DNA of 64,000 nucleotides, taken from positions 52,168 to 116,167 of the forward strand of contig CAMDWQ010000003.1 of the NCBI GenBank assembly GCA_945877765.1, read 5' to 3'. The notes beneath the pieces are model-generated. The model was not told the origin of the DNA, did not search any database, and saw only the letters and a program-made list of their open reading frames with translations. Origin of the DNA: Candidatus Omnitrophota bacterium (lineage in GTDB: Bacteria; Omnitrophota; Gorgyraeia; 2-02-FULL-51-18). The stretch's first letter is position 1; each line of letters begins with the position of its first letter. Shown in pieces: positions 18,203 through 29,184 of the stretch. The translations under genes were made by a program, and so were the position numbers.

Positions 18203-19327
18203 CTAAAAATTCTCGAGTTGTTTTTTATATCCCTGGAAATTGCGTAAAGTTTCCTTGAGAGAATCGCCACCAAATTTTTCAAGATAGGCTGCCGCCAGTT
18301 CAAACGCAACCATCGCCTCGCCCACGACGCCGCACGCCGGTACCGCCGTCACATCCGAGCGCTCCACCGTAGCGGCTTGCTTTTGCTTAGTGCTGATATC
18401 CACAGACTGTAGCGGGCTCATGAGCGTCGCGTAGGGCTTGGTAGCGGCTCGCAAGACGAGATCTTCTCCGTTAGTCACACCACCCTCAAAACCCCCTGCG
18501 TTGTTGCTTTTGCGATAAAATCCTTTTTTCTTGTCATGGAAAATTTCATCGTGCACGTCCTTGCCCAAATTTCTCGACACGTCAAAACCCATCCCCACTT
18601 CCACACCCTTGACCGCCTGGATCGACATCAGTCCTGCGCAAAGCTTGGCCGTCAGGCGGCGGTCATAATGCACAAAACTTCCCAAGCCTACCGGTACCCC
18701 CGTTACCACCACCTCAAAAATACCCCCGATCGTGTCCTTAGAAAGCTTTGCCCCGTCGACTCGCGCCATCATTTTCTTTTCAGCTGCTTTGTCGGCGCAG
18801 TGCATGGGCGAACCCATCGACTCTTTTTTAAGCGTTTTAAAATTCATCCCCTGAGTGTTGGCCGTGACACCCCCGATTGAAACCACATGGCTTAAAATAT
18901 CCACCCCAAACTCTTTTAAAAATACCCGGCAAACAGCACCCACCGCCACACGAGCCGCCGTCTCGCGGGCACTGGCGCGCTCAAGGATATCGCGAACATC
19001 TTGCGTGCCATATTTCATGGCACCCACAAGATCAGCGTGTCCGGGCCTGGGACGCTTCACTACCGGAAGCTGATTAATCTTAAAATCTTTATTGGGAACA
19101 AGTAGAGCAATTGGTCCGCCGATCGTCTTACCAAAGCGAACTCCGGACAAAATTTCAGCCGTATCTTTTTCAATCGTCATACGGCCTCCCCGCCCATAAC
19201 CTTCCTGACGGCGAGCCATGTCTACATCGATTATCTTCTCTTCGACACCAAGCCCTGAAACCATTCCCTCAAGAATCGCCACAAGGCATTTCCCGTGAGA
19301 TTCACCGCTAGTCAAAAATCGAAGCAT
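18203..19327 (-). CDS. aroC: Chorismate synthase
   Basis: TSGESHG, RPGHAD, ERASARETAARVA, RSD. Confidence 0.97.
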   Translation of the reverse strand: MLRFLTSGESHGKCLVAILEGMVSGLGVEEKIIDVDMARRQEGYGRGGRMTIEKDTAEILSGVRFGKTIGGPIALLVPNKDFKINQLPVVKRPRPGHADLVGAMKYGTQDVRDILERASARETAARVAVGAVCRVFLKEFGVDILSHVVSIGGVTANTQGMNFKTLKKESMGSPMHCADKAAEKKMMARVDGAKLSKDTIGGIFEVVVTGVPVGLGSFVHYDRRLTAKLCAGLMSIQAVKGVEVGMGFDVSRNLGKDVHDEIFHDKKKGFYRKSNNAGGFEGGVTNGEDLVLRAATKPYATLMSPLQSVDISTKQKQAATVERSDVTAVPACGVVGEAMVAFELAAAYLEKFGGDSLKETLRNFQGYKKQLENF

Positions 19328-19357
19328 AACAAACCTCCTATGAAATTGTCGGTAGAA

Positions 19358-20137
19358 TCAAAGCCCAATTCGATTCAAATACCAGGCGATCACCGCCTGT
19401 CCATAAAAAATATAAAAAATGGCTCCCAAACCCAAAAAAGGCCCAAAAGGAATCTGCTCTTCCTTCTTTTTGAATTTAAAATAAATACCTGCGATAGATC
19501 CCGCAAACGATCCCATCATTAGAGCCCAAAGCACGCCCCTAAAACCCAAGAAAGCGCCAAACATCGCCAAGAGCTTCACGTCGCCTCCGCCCATCGCCTC
19601 TTTTTTTAGAAAAAATTCAGCGATCACTGCGATGAGATACAAAAAGCCGCCGCCGATAAACACGCCGATCACCGAAGCCAAGAGCCCTTCCCACCAGCTA
19701 TTCGCCCCGTGCATCATGGGAAAAAAACAAGATAGAATGATTCCCAACACAATCCCAGAAAGCGTAATCTCATCAGGAATGATCTTGTGCTCAAAATCAA
19801 TAAGACTTTCTACCAAGACTGCCAGGGTGAAAATAAGATAAATAAGTCCCATTGCCTCTAGGCCAAAAAAATGATAAAAAGCAACAAACAGCATCCCGGT
19901 CAGAAATTCCACCAGGGCGTGCTGTGCTGAAAATGAGACGCCGCAATCACGACATTTCCCACGCAAAAGAAAATAGCTCAACACCGGCAGATTGTCGTAC
20001 CAACGAATCGGCTTCCCGCACGCACCGCAATGAGAACCCGGCGAAACCACCGACTCGTTTCTGGGTAGCCGATAAATACACACATTCAAAAAACTGCCTA
20101 CTATCGTCCCAAAAACAAACAGAATAAAGCTCATCAT
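19358..20137 (-). CDS. pilD: Type IV prepilin peptidase
   Basis: GSFLNVCIYRLP, two CxxC, MGGGDVKL, IPFGPFL. Start reassigned to ATG at 20137, overlapping the aroE TAA. Confidence 0.93.
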   Translation of the reverse strand: MMSFILFVFGTIVGSFLNVCIYRLPRNESVVSPGSHCGACGKPIRWYDNLPVLSYFLLRGKCRDCGVSFSAQHALVEFLTGMLFVAFYHFFGLEAMGLIYLIFTLAVLVESLIDFEHKIIPDEITLSGIVLGIILSCFFPMMHGANSWWEGLLASVIGVFIGGGFLYLIAVIAEFFLKKEAMGGGDVKLLAMFGAFLGFRGVLWALMMGSFAGSIAGIYFKFKKKEEQIPFGPFLGLGAIFYIFYGQAVIAWYLNRIGL

Positions 20138-21012
20138 TAAAGCTCCTGTCCTTTCAAAGCATCCAGCATGATTTTGCGCACACCGTCTTTCTTGCCCGTC
20201 CAAATCTCAAACGACAATACCGCCTGATTCACCAGCATCCCCAAACCGTTGGCATGAGGAAAACCGAGCGCTTTGGCTGTTTGTAAAAAAGGGGTCTCAT
20301 TGGGTGAGTAAACCAGATCATAAGCCGCGGTCTTTCTTTCCAGGATTCTCAAATCCAGCGGAATATCCTGGTTTCCCTTCATCCCGCAGCTGGTGGCGTT
20401 AACCACTAAATCAATAGCTTCGCCCTGAACCTCATAAAGATACTTTACCGCTTCAAATTCAGTTTCAGAAAAAAATCCAGCAGCAAGCTCGGTTAATCCT
20501 TGGGCTCGTTCGACATGGCGATTCAAGACCCATACTTTATTGGCATGCGCACGGGCTAACGAAAAAACGACACTGCGGGCCGCCCCTCCAGCCCCCAAGA
20601 CTAAAATCGATTTGCCTTCAGGATTAAACGAAAGCTCTTCGTTAAGCGCCATTAAAAATCCGGGACCATCCGTGTTGTAGCCCAGCAGCGTCCCATGATC
20701 GTTTCGCACCGTATTAATGGCGCCAATGCGGCGGTCAACGTCCTCCGGAATGTCGTCGATGAAATTCAACGCCTCTTCTTTGTAGGGAATGGTGATATTG
20801 GCTCCGCGCATACCCATCGCACGAAATGCCTCAAACGCGATTCCCAGATAACCGGTCTCAATCGGAAAGGCGAGGTAAGCGGCGTTGATTTGAAGATGAG
20901 AAAAAGCCGCATTTTGAATTAGTGGCGAAAGAGAGTGGCTGACGGGATTACCAAAAATACCGTAGAGTTGCGTCTGGGCGTTGACTACGATCTGCTGGTC
21001 GCGGGTCATCAA
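20137..21012 (-). CDS. aroE: Shikimate dehydrogenase
   Basis: HSLSP, NITIPYK, GYNTDG, GAGGAARS, NATS, GLGML. Confidence 0.95.
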   Translation of the reverse strand: MMTRDQQIVVNAQTQLYGIFGNPVSHSLSPLIQNAAFSHLQINAAYLAFPIETGYLGIAFEAFRAMGMRGANITIPYKEEALNFIDDIPEDVDRRIGAINTVRNDHGTLLGYNTDGPGFLMALNEELSFNPEGKSILVLGAGGAARSVVFSLARAHANKVWVLNRHVERAQGLTELAAGFFSETEFEAVKYLYEVQGEAIDLVVNATSCGMKGNQDIPLDLRILERKTAAYDLVYSPNETPFLQTAKALGFPHANGLGMLVNQAVLSFEIWTGKKDGVRKIMLDALKGQEL

Positions 21013-22565
21013 ACCCCGTATGCCCCGGAATCTTTTTTTAAAACCCCGCCGCGATAGACAATTTTATTGATGGCATCCAAATAAGCGCGCACACTGGCTT
21101 CGATGATGTCCGTGCTGACACCCTGACCAATCACTACTTTATTGGATTTGTGATCTTGCACTTTCACTGTCACTTCCCCTTGGGCATCCTTGCCCACGGT
21201 GACTGAGCGGATCTGATAATCAAGAAGCCGTGTTTTTTGCGCAATAATTTTGTCGACAAGCTTGAAAGCGGCATCCACAGGCCCGCTCCCGCTGCCTGCA
21301 GCCTCATGCACTTTGGCTTTGGAGCGGATGCTGATGTTGACTTTAGGCTCTTTGCCGGTTTGGGTCAATACACTCAGTGAAACCAACTCGTAAGTCTTGG
21401 GCGCTGAAATAATTTCAGTATCCACCAGCGCGTTTAAATCATCATCAAAGACTTCTTTTTTCTTGTCCGCCAACTGCTTAAAATTCTCAAATGCTTTTTC
21501 CAGCTCTTTGGCTGTTAATTGATAGCCCAACTTGTGCAAACGGCTTTCCAGCGCATGACGGCCAGAATGCTTGCCAAGCACCAATTGAGTCTCGCCAAAA
21601 CCGACGTCTTCCGGCCGGATTATTTCATAAGTTTTGCGGTGCTTTAAAAGGCCGTCCTGATGAATGCCGGACTCATGGGTAAAGGCATTGCGCCCCACGA
21701 TGGCTTTATTGGGCTGAACAACCATGCCCGTAAGAGAGCTGACCAAGCGGCTGGCCTTGCAAATCTGATCCTTGCAGACATTGGTATGTTTGCCATAAAT
21801 ATCCGGCCGCGTATCCAGCGCCATGACAATCTCTTCCATCGCTGCGTTACCCGCGCGCTCCCCGATACCGTTGACGGTGCACTCTACTTGCCGCGCTCCA
21901 AAACGAACCGCCGCCAGCGAGTTGGCAACCGCCAACCCCAAATCATTGTGACAGTGAACGCTAATAATCGCTTTGTTAATATTGGGCACATGGTCAAAAA
22001 TTCCCTTGATCAGATTGCCGTATTCAAAAGGGGTTGTGTATCCCACCGTGTCCGGGATATTGACAATCGTGGCGCCCGCATTGATAACGGCTTCGACGAC
22101 CTCATAAAGAAAATCAGGCTCGGTGCGTGAAGCGTCTTCCGGTGAAAACTCAACTTCACCAATACGATTACGCGCATACTTGACTGCTTGGACCGCCAAG
22201 TGAACAATTTCAGACTTTGCTTTTTTTAATTTGTACTGACGATGTATCGCGGACGTCGCCAAAAAAACATGCAAGCGAGATTTTTTGGCTGGTTTTAAGG
22301 ACGCCAGCGCGACCTCCATGTCTTTTTCAATCGCACGCGCCAAAGCACAAATCGTCGGGCCCTTAATTTCCGCCGCTATTTTTTTTACGGCTGCCGCATC
22401 GCCCGGAGATGTGATGGGAAAACCAGCTTCGATGATATCCACGCGCATCTGCGCCAATTGACGCGCAATTTCAAGCTTGCGCTTCATGTCCAGGCTCGCT
22501 CCAGGAGACTGCTCACCGTCCCTCAGAGTCGTATCAAATATGTATATTCTATTTTTCTCGTCCAT
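21009..22565 (-). CDS. leuA: 2-isopropylmalate synthase
   Basis: [34 protein letters not shown]; C-terminal regulatory domain. Confidence 0.95.
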   Translation of the reverse strand: MDEKNRIYIFDTTLRDGEQSPGASLDMKRKLEIARQLAQMRVDIIEAGFPITSPGDAAAVKKIAAEIKGPTICALARAIEKDMEVALASLKPAKKSRLHVFLATSAIHRQYKLKKAKSEIVHLAVQAVKYARNRIGEVEFSPEDASRTEPDFLYEVVEAVINAGATIVNIPDTVGYTTPFEYGNLIKGIFDHVPNINKAIISVHCHNDLGLAVANSLAAVRFGARQVECTVNGIGERAGNAAMEEIVMALDTRPDIYGKHTNVCKDQICKASRLVSSLTGMVVQPNKAIVGRNAFTHESGIHQDGLLKHRKTYEIIRPEDVGFGETQLVLGKHSGRHALESRLHKLGYQLTAKELEKAFENFKQLADKKKEVFDDDLNALVDTEIISAPKTYELVSLSVLTQTGKEPKVNISIRSKAKVHEAAGSGSGPVDAAFKLVDKIIAQKTRLLDYQIRSVTVGKDAQGEVTVKVQDHKSNKVVIGQGVSTDIIEASVRAYLDAINKIVYRGGVLKKDSGAYGV

Positions 22566-22617
22566 CTTCCTACCTTTTACCTATCTTCCAATTAGTGATT
22601 TCTTTTATGGGTGGCGA

Positions 22618-23604
22618 TCACATCCACTTCATCATCCCGCGCAATTTAGCCCCGACCTTTTCAATCGGATGGTTGTCATGAGCATGCCGCAGCCGGTTGA
22701 AATTTTTCTTTCCATTTTTGTAATCAGCCAAAAATTCCTTGGCGAATTTACCTGACTGAATCTCTTTTAATATTTTTTTCATTTCTTCACGGGTTTTTTT
22801 GTTCACAATGCGAGGTCCGCGAGTCAAATCCCCATATTCTGCTGTATCGGAGACACGCTTTCTCATTCCCTGGACCCCAGTGGCGTAAATCAAGTCGGTG
22901 ATCAGTTTCAACTCGTGCAGACATTCAAAATAAGCAATTTCAGGCTGATAACCGGCTTTCACCAGCGTCTCAAAACCTGCCATGACCAACTCCGCCGTGC
23001 CGCCGCACAAAACCGACTGCTCGCCGAATAGATCCGTCTCGGTCTCTTCTTTAAATGTTGTTTCGATGACACCCGCGCGTGTCCCACCCAATGCTTTGGC
23101 GTAAGCCAGCGCCAGCTTCTTGCAATTCTTGGTCGCGTCTTGATAGACCGCAATCAAACAAGGCACACCCTTTCCCTCTTCGTACTGCCGGCGAACGAGA
23201 CTGCCGGGGCCCTTGGGGGCAACCATGAATACGTCGACAAACTTAGGCGGCATAATCTGTTTAAAGTGAATATTGAATCCATGAGAAAAAGCTAACGCCT
23301 TGCCCTTGGTCAAATAAGGATCCACAGACGTTCTATAAATTTCGGCCTGGAGCGGGTCTTGCGCTAGAATGATAATAACGTCTGACTTCTGAGCTAGCTC
23401 GGCGGCATCCATTGGCTTAAAACCATCTTTTATCGCTATGTCATAATTAGGTCCGCCAGGACGCTGAGAAACCAACACCTTGAGACCGCTGTCTCGTAAA
23501 TTAAGCGCCTGTCCTCGGCCCTGAATTCCGTAACCGATCACACCAACGGTTTTATTTTTAATGAAAGAAAGATCTGCGTCTTTGTCGTAATAAATTTTAG
23601 CCAT
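22618..23604 (-). CDS. ilvC: Ketol-acid reductoisomerase
   Basis: [32 protein letters not shown]. Confidence 0.97.
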   Translation of the reverse strand: MAKIYYDKDADLSFIKNKTVGVIGYGIQGRGQALNLRDSGLKVLVSQRPGGPNYDIAIKDGFKPMDAAELAQKSDVIIILAQDPLQAEIYRTSVDPYLTKGKALAFSHGFNIHFKQIMPPKFVDVFMVAPKGPGSLVRRQYEEGKGVPCLIAVYQDATKNCKKLALAYAKALGGTRAGVIETTFKEETETDLFGEQSVLCGGTAELVMAGFETLVKAGYQPEIAYFECLHELKLITDLIYATGVQGMRKRVSDTAEYGDLTRGPRIVNKKTREEMKKILKEIQSGKFAKEFLADYKNGKKNFNRLRHAHDNHPIEKVGAKLRGMMKWM

Positions 23605-23626
23605 TTTGTATTTCCTTTTTTATTCT

Positions 23627-23695
23627 GTCATCCCCGAAGTGTTTAATCGTGGATCATGTTTGGTTTGATTCCCGATAAAAGCATTCGGGAATGAC
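23627..23695. repeat. REP-like double-hairpin element
   Basis: gtcatccccgaagtgtttaatcgtggatc...gattcccgataaaagcattcgggaatgac between ilvN and ilvC. Confidence 0.88.
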
Positions 23696-23701
23696 GTATA
23701 G

Positions 23702-24214
23702 TTAGTTTTTTGGTAGTTTGTTCGAAAGCGCGACAGCGCCCGTTTGGGCGATTTCGACAATGCCGATGCCTTTGAGCAGTGCAAAAATCTTTTTTGCGTT
23801 CTCACGCGTCTCGGTGCACTCCAGCGTTATCAGGCTGTGATTTTCATCTGCCACCTGGGCACGAAATTGTGACATCACCGATTTGAGCGCCTCCTTGACT
23901 TGGGGAGTGTTTCTTAATTTGACCAACATCAATTCGCGGTCCACAAATCCCTCTTCGCTCAAATCCTGCACTTTAATCACATCCAGCAGCTTGTTGAGCT
24001 GCTTTTTGATCTGCTCGATGGTTTTTTGATCCCCTTCTGCAACCAATGTGATCCTTGAAGCGGTAGGGTCCTCAGTTTCGCCTACTGCCAGCGACCGAAT
24101 GTTAAATCCTCTAGCCGAAAAAAGACCGACCACGCGCGAAAGCACTCCCGCGTGATTCTCAACCAGCACAGACAGCATCCGGCTTTCGACGGGTGTTGCG
24201 TCATGAATTGCCAT
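23702..24214 (-). CDS. ilvN: Acetolactate synthase small subunit
   Basis: VENHAGVLSRVVGLFSARGFNI, QLNKL, RELMLVK. Confidence 0.95.
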   Translation of the reverse strand: MAIHDATPVESRMLSVLVENHAGVLSRVVGLFSARGFNIRSLAVGETEDPTASRITLVAEGDQKTIEQIKKQLNKLLDVIKVQDLSEEGFVDRELMLVKLRNTPQVKEALKSVMSQFRAQVADENHSLITLECTETRENAKKIFALLKGIGIVEIAQTGAVALSNKLPKN

Positions 24215-24235
24215 ATACTTAACCTTTCTTACAGT

Positions 24236-24305
24236 GTCATCCCCGAAATTATTTATCGGGGATCATACCCTGGTTTGATTCCCGATTAGAGATCTCGGGA
24301 ATGAC
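24236..24305. repeat. REP-like double-hairpin element
   Basis: gtcatccccgaaattatttatcggggatc...gattcccgattagagatctcgggaatgac between ilvB and ilvN. Confidence 0.88.
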
Positions 24306-24323
24306 AAGGGTTGGGAATTGTTA

Positions 24324-26000
24324 TCACGCCATATCGATGATCTCTTCGAAAGATCGTCCCGCCGGGATCATAGGATATACGTTTTCTTCTTCCGTTACGA
24401 CAAAATCGAGTACACACGGACGATCGGTAATCGTCTTGGACCACTCAATCGCTTCATCGACCTCGTTTTTGCGGGTCACGCAACGGCCGGTCGCGCCATA
24501 AGCTTTGGCTAAGGCCACAAAATCAGGATTCCCGCTCATGGTAGAGCTGGAATAGCGGTGATTATAAAATGTTTCCTGCCACTGGCGAACCATTCCCAGA
24601 TAATTATTGTTGATAATGGCAATCTTTACCGGAAGCTTGTGGAGCACCGCTGTCGCCATCTCTTGAATATTCATCTGGATCGAGCCATCGCCGCTAATAC
24701 AAACAACTGTCTTTTTCGGAAACGCAAACTGCGCGCCGATAGCCGCTGGGAATCCGTAGCCCATCGTGCCCAAGCCGCCTGAGGTCAAAAATTGATTAGG
24801 ACCATTCAGCTTAAAATACTGCGCTGCCCACATCTGATGCTGGCCGACATCCGTAGACACGATCGCATCGCTGCCAAGAATATCGCAGAGTCTCTGGATC
24901 GCATACTGAGGACGAATCAAATCGCCGTCATCCTTGTAACGAAGCGGGCTTTCTTTTTTCCATTTCTCAATATCGGCTAACCATGTTCCCGTATCTATTT
25001 TTCCGACCAGCTTGTTGAGCTCGATCAAAACTTGTTTCACGTCGCCTACGATGGGCACATCCACTTTTATATTTTTAGAGATTGCCGAAGGATCTACATC
25101 GATATGAATAACCTTGGCAGTGGGAGCAAACTTTTTAAGATCCCCAGTCACGCGGTCGTCAAAACGTGCGCCGACAGCAATTAAAAGATCCGATTCATGC
25201 ACCGCTCGATTGGCAAACACCGTTCCGTGCATTCCCAGCATTCCCATAAACAGAGGGTGTGTTCCAGGAACGCTCCCCAAACCCATGAGTGTGTTGGTGC
25301 AAGGTGCTTGCGTCTTTTCGACAAAAGCAATCAGCTCTTTAGCCGCCCCGGAAATAACAACACCGCCGCCGGTATAAACCACCGGCCGCTTGGATGCCAT
25401 GATCAGTTCTGCCGCTTTTTTGATTTGACCGGAATGCGCCTCTACCACTGGCTTAAAGCCGCGCACGCTCACTTCGCTGGGATACTCAAAATCAACCGTC
25501 TGTAGGCTGATATCAGAAGGAAAATCGATCAACACCGGTCCCGGCCGCCCACTGGTGGCGATCGTAAATGCCTCTTTTAAAATGCGGGGCAAGTCGTTGA
25601 CGTTTTTAACTAAATAATTATGCTTGGTGATCGGGCGCGTAATGCCAGTCACATCCGCTTCTTGAAAAGCATCGTTGCCGATTAAAAAAGACTTCACCTG
25701 TCCTGTAATGACAACCAGAGGAATCGAATCCATGTAAGCATCGGCAATTCCTGTGACGGTATTGGTAGCACCCGGTCCTGAGGTCACCACCACCACGCCA
25801 GGGCGGCCAGTCGAACGCGCATAGCCTTCGGCCATATGAACAGCCCCTTGCTCATGACGAACCAGAATCACTTTAAACTTGGCGTCATAAAGCGCATCAA
25901 ATAACGGTAAACACGCTCCTCCGGGAAGGCCAAACACATACTCCACGCCTTCACGGGTAAACGCTTCCACAACGGCTTGAGCACCGGTCATTTTTGACAT
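24324..26000 (-). CDS. ilvB: Acetolactate synthase large subunit
   Basis: RHEQGA, TSGPGATN, DVGQHQMW, GDGS...NN ThDP motif. Confidence 0.97.
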   Translation of the reverse strand: MSKMTGAQAVVEAFTREGVEYVFGLPGGACLPLFDALYDAKFKVILVRHEQGAVHMAEGYARSTGRPGVVVVTSGPGATNTVTGIADAYMDSIPLVVITGQVKSFLIGNDAFQEADVTGITRPITKHNYLVKNVNDLPRILKEAFTIATSGRPGPVLIDFPSDISLQTVDFEYPSEVSVRGFKPVVEAHSGQIKKAAELIMASKRPVVYTGGGVVISGAAKELIAFVEKTQAPCTNTLMGLGSVPGTHPLFMGMLGMHGTVFANRAVHESDLLIAVGARFDDRVTGDLKKFAPTAKVIHIDVDPSAISKNIKVDVPIVGDVKQVLIELNKLVGKIDTGTWLADIEKWKKESPLRYKDDGDLIRPQYAIQRLCDILGSDAIVSTDVGQHQMWAAQYFKLNGPNQFLTSGGLGTMGYGFPAAIGAQFAFPKKTVVCISGDGSIQMNIQEMATAVLHKLPVKIAIINNNYLGMVRQWQETFYNHRYSSSTMSGNPDFVALAKAYGATGRCVTRKNEVDEAIEWSKTITDRPCVLDFVVTEEENVYPMIPAGRSFEEIIDMA

Positions 26001-26062
26001 AAATCTCCCAAAATAAGGACTTTAAAGTACGGTGACTCTTGGCTTAAATTAGTGAATTTTGT

Positions 26063-26091
26063 ATTATAGCAACGGGACTCGGAGGTGTCAA
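26063..26091 (-). promoter_or_regulatory. Consensus sigma70 promoter for ilvB-ilvN-ilvC-leuA
   Basis: Minus strand reads TTGACA-N17-TATAAT, with TG in the extended -10 position, ~60 nt upstream of the ilvB ATG. Confidence 0.85.
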
Positions 26092-26098
26092 ATGACGC

Positions 26099-27238
26099 TT
26101 ATTTTTTATAAATTCTCGGCACGCGGCTATGAATTCCACAAACAATCTCGTAGGGTATCGTGCCGGCCAATCCCGCCAAATCCTGCGCGGTAATTGCCTG
26201 CGCGCCCCGCCCCCCGATAAGAGCTACTCCCTCCCACCGCTTTACACCCGAGATTCGACCGACATCTACAAGTATCTGGTCCATCGTGACCCGCCCCACC
26301 ACCGGACAGCGTTTTTTTCTCACGATCACCGAAGCGCGGTTGGAAAAAGCCACGCGATATCCGTGACTATACCCTACCGGCAAAGTGGCAATCAATGTGT
26401 TTTTTAAAATTTTGTGTGTCCGTCCATAGCTGACCGTTTGGCCGCAAGTGAACTTTTTTAAAAATGAAATTCTCGCTCTCCAGGAAAGTATCGGCCGTAT
26501 ACCATTAGGCAGCTTCGCTCGGGGGGAAGACTTAAGCCCATACAAAACAAGGCCTGGGCGGACAAGATTAAAATGGGCCTCTTTAAACCGCAAAACCCCC
26601 ATGCTATTGGCGGCATGAATATATTTTGGTTTTACTCCAAGCGCTCGTATTTTCTTAAGGCAGTCCTCGAAAATTTTAAGCTGAGTATGTGTGGGTGTAA
26701 CGCTCTCATCATCGGCGCTGGAAAAATGGGTATATACCCCCTCAATCGTTATTCCCGGGAGAGACTGAATCTTCTTAAAAAAATCTCCTGCCTGTTGATA
26801 CGGCAACCCCAACCTGCCCATGCCTGTATCGATTTTGACGTGCACAGGAAATTTACGGATACTTTTTAGCGCTCGGCTTAAAAGCATTGCATCTTCCATC
26901 CCAGAAATCGTCGGTGTAATTTTTTTGGAAATATAATCCTTAAGTTGGGTGGGATGAAAACAGCCTAGGACTAAAATGGCTGCCTTGGGCAGTGACTTGC
27001 GCAAAACCAGCGCTTCATCAATAGTGGCCACGCCAAAGAAACGCACGCCCTCCTCCCATAAGGCGGCGGAAACCCGCAGCATCCCGTGGCCGTAAGCATC
27101 TGCTTTGACGACAGCAAGAATTCCGGCAGAAGACTCGCGCACTACTGACCGGACGGCACGTAGATTTTTTTTTAAAATATTTAAATCTACTTCTACCCAA
27201 GTCAGCGGAAATTTATTTTTTTGAAGAAGGGGCGACAT
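26099..27238 (-). CDS. alr: Alanine racemase
   Basis: VVKADAYGHG, KIDTGMGRLG, HAANS, VRPG, GRVTMDQ, TIPYE; start taken at MSPLL. Confidence 0.95.
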   Translation of the reverse strand: MSPLLQKNKFPLTWVEVDLNILKKNLRAVRSVVRESSAGILAVVKADAYGHGMLRVSAALWEEGVRFFGVATIDEALVLRKSLPKAAILVLGCFHPTQLKDYISKKITPTISGMEDAMLLSRALKSIRKFPVHVKIDTGMGRLGLPYQQAGDFFKKIQSLPGITIEGVYTHFSSADDESVTPTHTQLKIFEDCLKKIRALGVKPKYIHAANSMGVLRFKEAHFNLVRPGLVLYGLKSSPRAKLPNGIRPILSWRARISFLKKFTCGQTVSYGRTHKILKNTLIATLPVGYSHGYRVAFSNRASVIVRKKRCPVVGRVTMDQILVDVGRISGVKRWEGVALIGGRGAQAITAQDLAGLAGTIPYEIVCGIHSRVPRIYKK

Positions 27239-27827
27239 TGCAATCCTTGGGGTGAAGATAAAGCGGTTCAAGCTTGAGCGGGTCATCAAATTTTTTAAGC
27301 CTTATCCGCTCCATAGCCGCCTGCGCAATAGAAACGGCGCTTGGTATCATGGCTTCGAGAATAGCTGTCCGGCTGTTTAAAGATTGCAAAAAATGCTCAC
27401 GAAGCACGAGCGCAGGCTTTTGAATCACTTGCCAATGCTCCCCCTTTTTGCGGTAGATAGCCGCATACACCTGTGCTTTTTTTGCATCCATCAAGACAGC
27501 GAATTCTCCCTCGCCTGTAGCGCTGCGGGCAATCGCCTCAAGACTAGAAATTCCAACCAGCTTTGTTTTTAACGTGTAGCAAAAGACTTTGGCGGTGGTC
27601 ACGGCAATGCGCAGCCCAGTAAATGACCCGGGACCCACCCCCACAGCAATACAACCAACCTCCTTGGGACGAACATGAGCGCGCTTTAAAATTCTCTGCA
27701 AACCCGGGATCAGCTCCTGCGAGTGCCGCCCAGTCACTTCTGAATCATAAGAATCTATTTTTTTTGAGCCTTCAAAAAGAGCGATGCTAAGCTTTTGGGT
27801 TGAGGTGTCAAACGAGAGAATTTTCAT
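27213..27827 (-). CDS. tsaB: tRNA t6A biosynthesis protein TsaB
   Basis: FDTS, HSQEL, GPGSFTGLRI, MDAKK, EPLY. Confidence 0.93.
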   Translation of the reverse strand: MKILSFDTSTQKLSIALFEGSKKIDSYDSEVTGRHSQELIPGLQRILKRAHVRPKEVGCIAVGVGPGSFTGLRIAVTTAKVFCYTLKTKLVGISSLEAIARSATGEGEFAVLMDAKKAQVYAAIYRKKGEHWQVIQKPALVLREHFLQSLNSRTAILEAMIPSAVSIAQAAMERIRLKKFDDPLKLEPLYLHPKDCNVAPSSKK

Positions 27828-28267
27828 TTGGCAGACACCTCAATAATCCTTGTCGTGAGGTTTTGGTGAGAAATCCTCACTTCTAAAAAATGCTCCGGTA
27901 ATAAATTTTCACCGCGTTGGGGCCATTCGACCAACGTGATTCCTTGAGAATAAAAACACTCCTGAGCCATCTGCGCATCCACACCCTTCACTTTTTTGAT
28001 CCGGTACCAGTCCAGGTGATAGATTTTACACTTGCCCGAATACTCGTGAATTACCACAAAAGTAGGACTTGAAACTTTTGTCTGCGACCGGATCCCCAAG
28101 CCGTCCGCTATCCCCTTCACCAGCGTCGTTTTGCCGGCACCCAATTCGCCGTAAAGAGCCACGACACTTCCCGGTATTAATTTTTTAGCCAGCAGCTTAC
28201 CAATTTTTTTAGTTTCGCTTTCAGAGCTGGATACCCAGCGGCTTATTGCCCCCAATTTTTTCTTCAT
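27824..28267 (-). CDS. tsaE: tRNA t6A biosynthesis ATPase TsaE
   Basis: GELGAGKT, SPTF, HLDWYR, VEW. Confidence 0.95.
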   Translation of the reverse strand: MKKKLGAISRWVSSSESETKKIGKLLAKKLIPGSVVALYGELGAGKTTLVKGIADGLGIRSQTKVSSPTFVVIHEYSGKCKIYHLDWYRIKKVKGVDAQMAQECFYSQGITLVEWPQRGENLLPEHFLEVRISHQNLTTRIIEVSAK

Positions 28268-29184
28268 ACGAAGTGATCAAAACCTCTGAAGGCTAACGGC
28301 TGTGCTTTTCCGGATCGATTTACCAACGCCACCCCATGCCTCTTGTGGACAATTTTTCCGACCGGCTTAAAAAAATCAGCTCTACGTTTAAATAAACATT
28401 GATTGAGCCGAGCGGCCTCTTTGGGCGAAAGCGTAAAAAGAAGCTCAAAATCCTCGCCGTCAGAGAGAGCTGCCTCCAAACCCAAAGCACCTGGTGCCAC
28501 TGGAACGGCCTCTTCACAGATAAGCGCCCCAACCGCGCTTTCTTGGGCGATCCGTCGAACGTCCCCCGCCAGCCCGTCAGAGAGGTCCATCATCGCATGA
28601 AGCTTGAAATTTTTTGCCAGAAAGTTAGCCTCCTCGATTCGCGGAGTAAATAGCAAATGCTTTTTTGACGCATAGGAGCCTCCGAGCTCCCCGCTGACAA
28701 AAATAACATCCCCCGCCTTTGCTCCTGAACGGCGCACGGCCTTGCCCTTGTCGCACTCCCCTATTAGCGCTACGGAAACAACCAGCTTCGCGGAACGATT
28801 GGTATCACCGCCGACAATATTCACGCCGAATTGTCTGGCCAGTGACCTAATCCCCAGGTAAAACTCCCCGACAAATTTTTTAGAAAGACTCGACGGAAGC
28901 CCCACAGAAATCACCGCGTGCCTGGGTGTGCCAGCCATTGCTGCAATGTCGCTTAAATTAACCGCCAGCGATTTACGGCCGATTTCAAAAGCGCTGGCTT
29001 CGTCCAAGCGAAAATGAATATCCTCAATCAACATATCCGTCGTGTAAAGAAGTTCTTTAGATGGGTGGGGCCTTAATATAGCAGTGTCGTCACCGATTCC
29101 CAAAATCACCGAACGGTCCGTGCGTGTTTGCTGGCGGATTATTTGGATAATATCAAATTCGCCGGCAGCATTCACTGATTTCAT
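28264..29184 (-). CDS. thiL: Thiamine-monophosphate kinase
   Basis: GIGDDTA, NLSDIAAM, GGDT, DLSDGL, GEDFELL. Confidence 0.95.
   Translation of the reverse strand: MKSVNAAGEFDIIQIIRQQTRTDRSVILGIGDDTAILRPHPSKELLYTTDMLIEDIHFRLDEASAFEIGRKSLAVNLSDIAAMAGTPRHAVISVGLPSSLSKKFVGEFYLGIRSLARQFGVNIVGGDTNRSAKLVVSVALIGECDKGKAVRRSGAKAGDVIFVSGELGGSYASKKHLLFTPRIEEANFLAKNFKLHAMMDLSDGLAGDVRRIAQESAVGALICEEAVPVAPGALGLEAALSDGEDFELLFTLSPKEAARLNQCLFKRRADFFKPVGKIVHKRHGVALVNRSGKAQPLAFRGFDHFV

Noticed and set aside
2101-24305. CRISPR array
   Set aside because: Repeats are dispersed single or double hairpins, not regularly spaced with unique spacers; no cas genes.
26001-26062. ilv leader-peptide attenuator
   Set aside because: Leader is only ~55 nt with no Ile/Leu/Val-rich mini-ORF or terminator hairpin.
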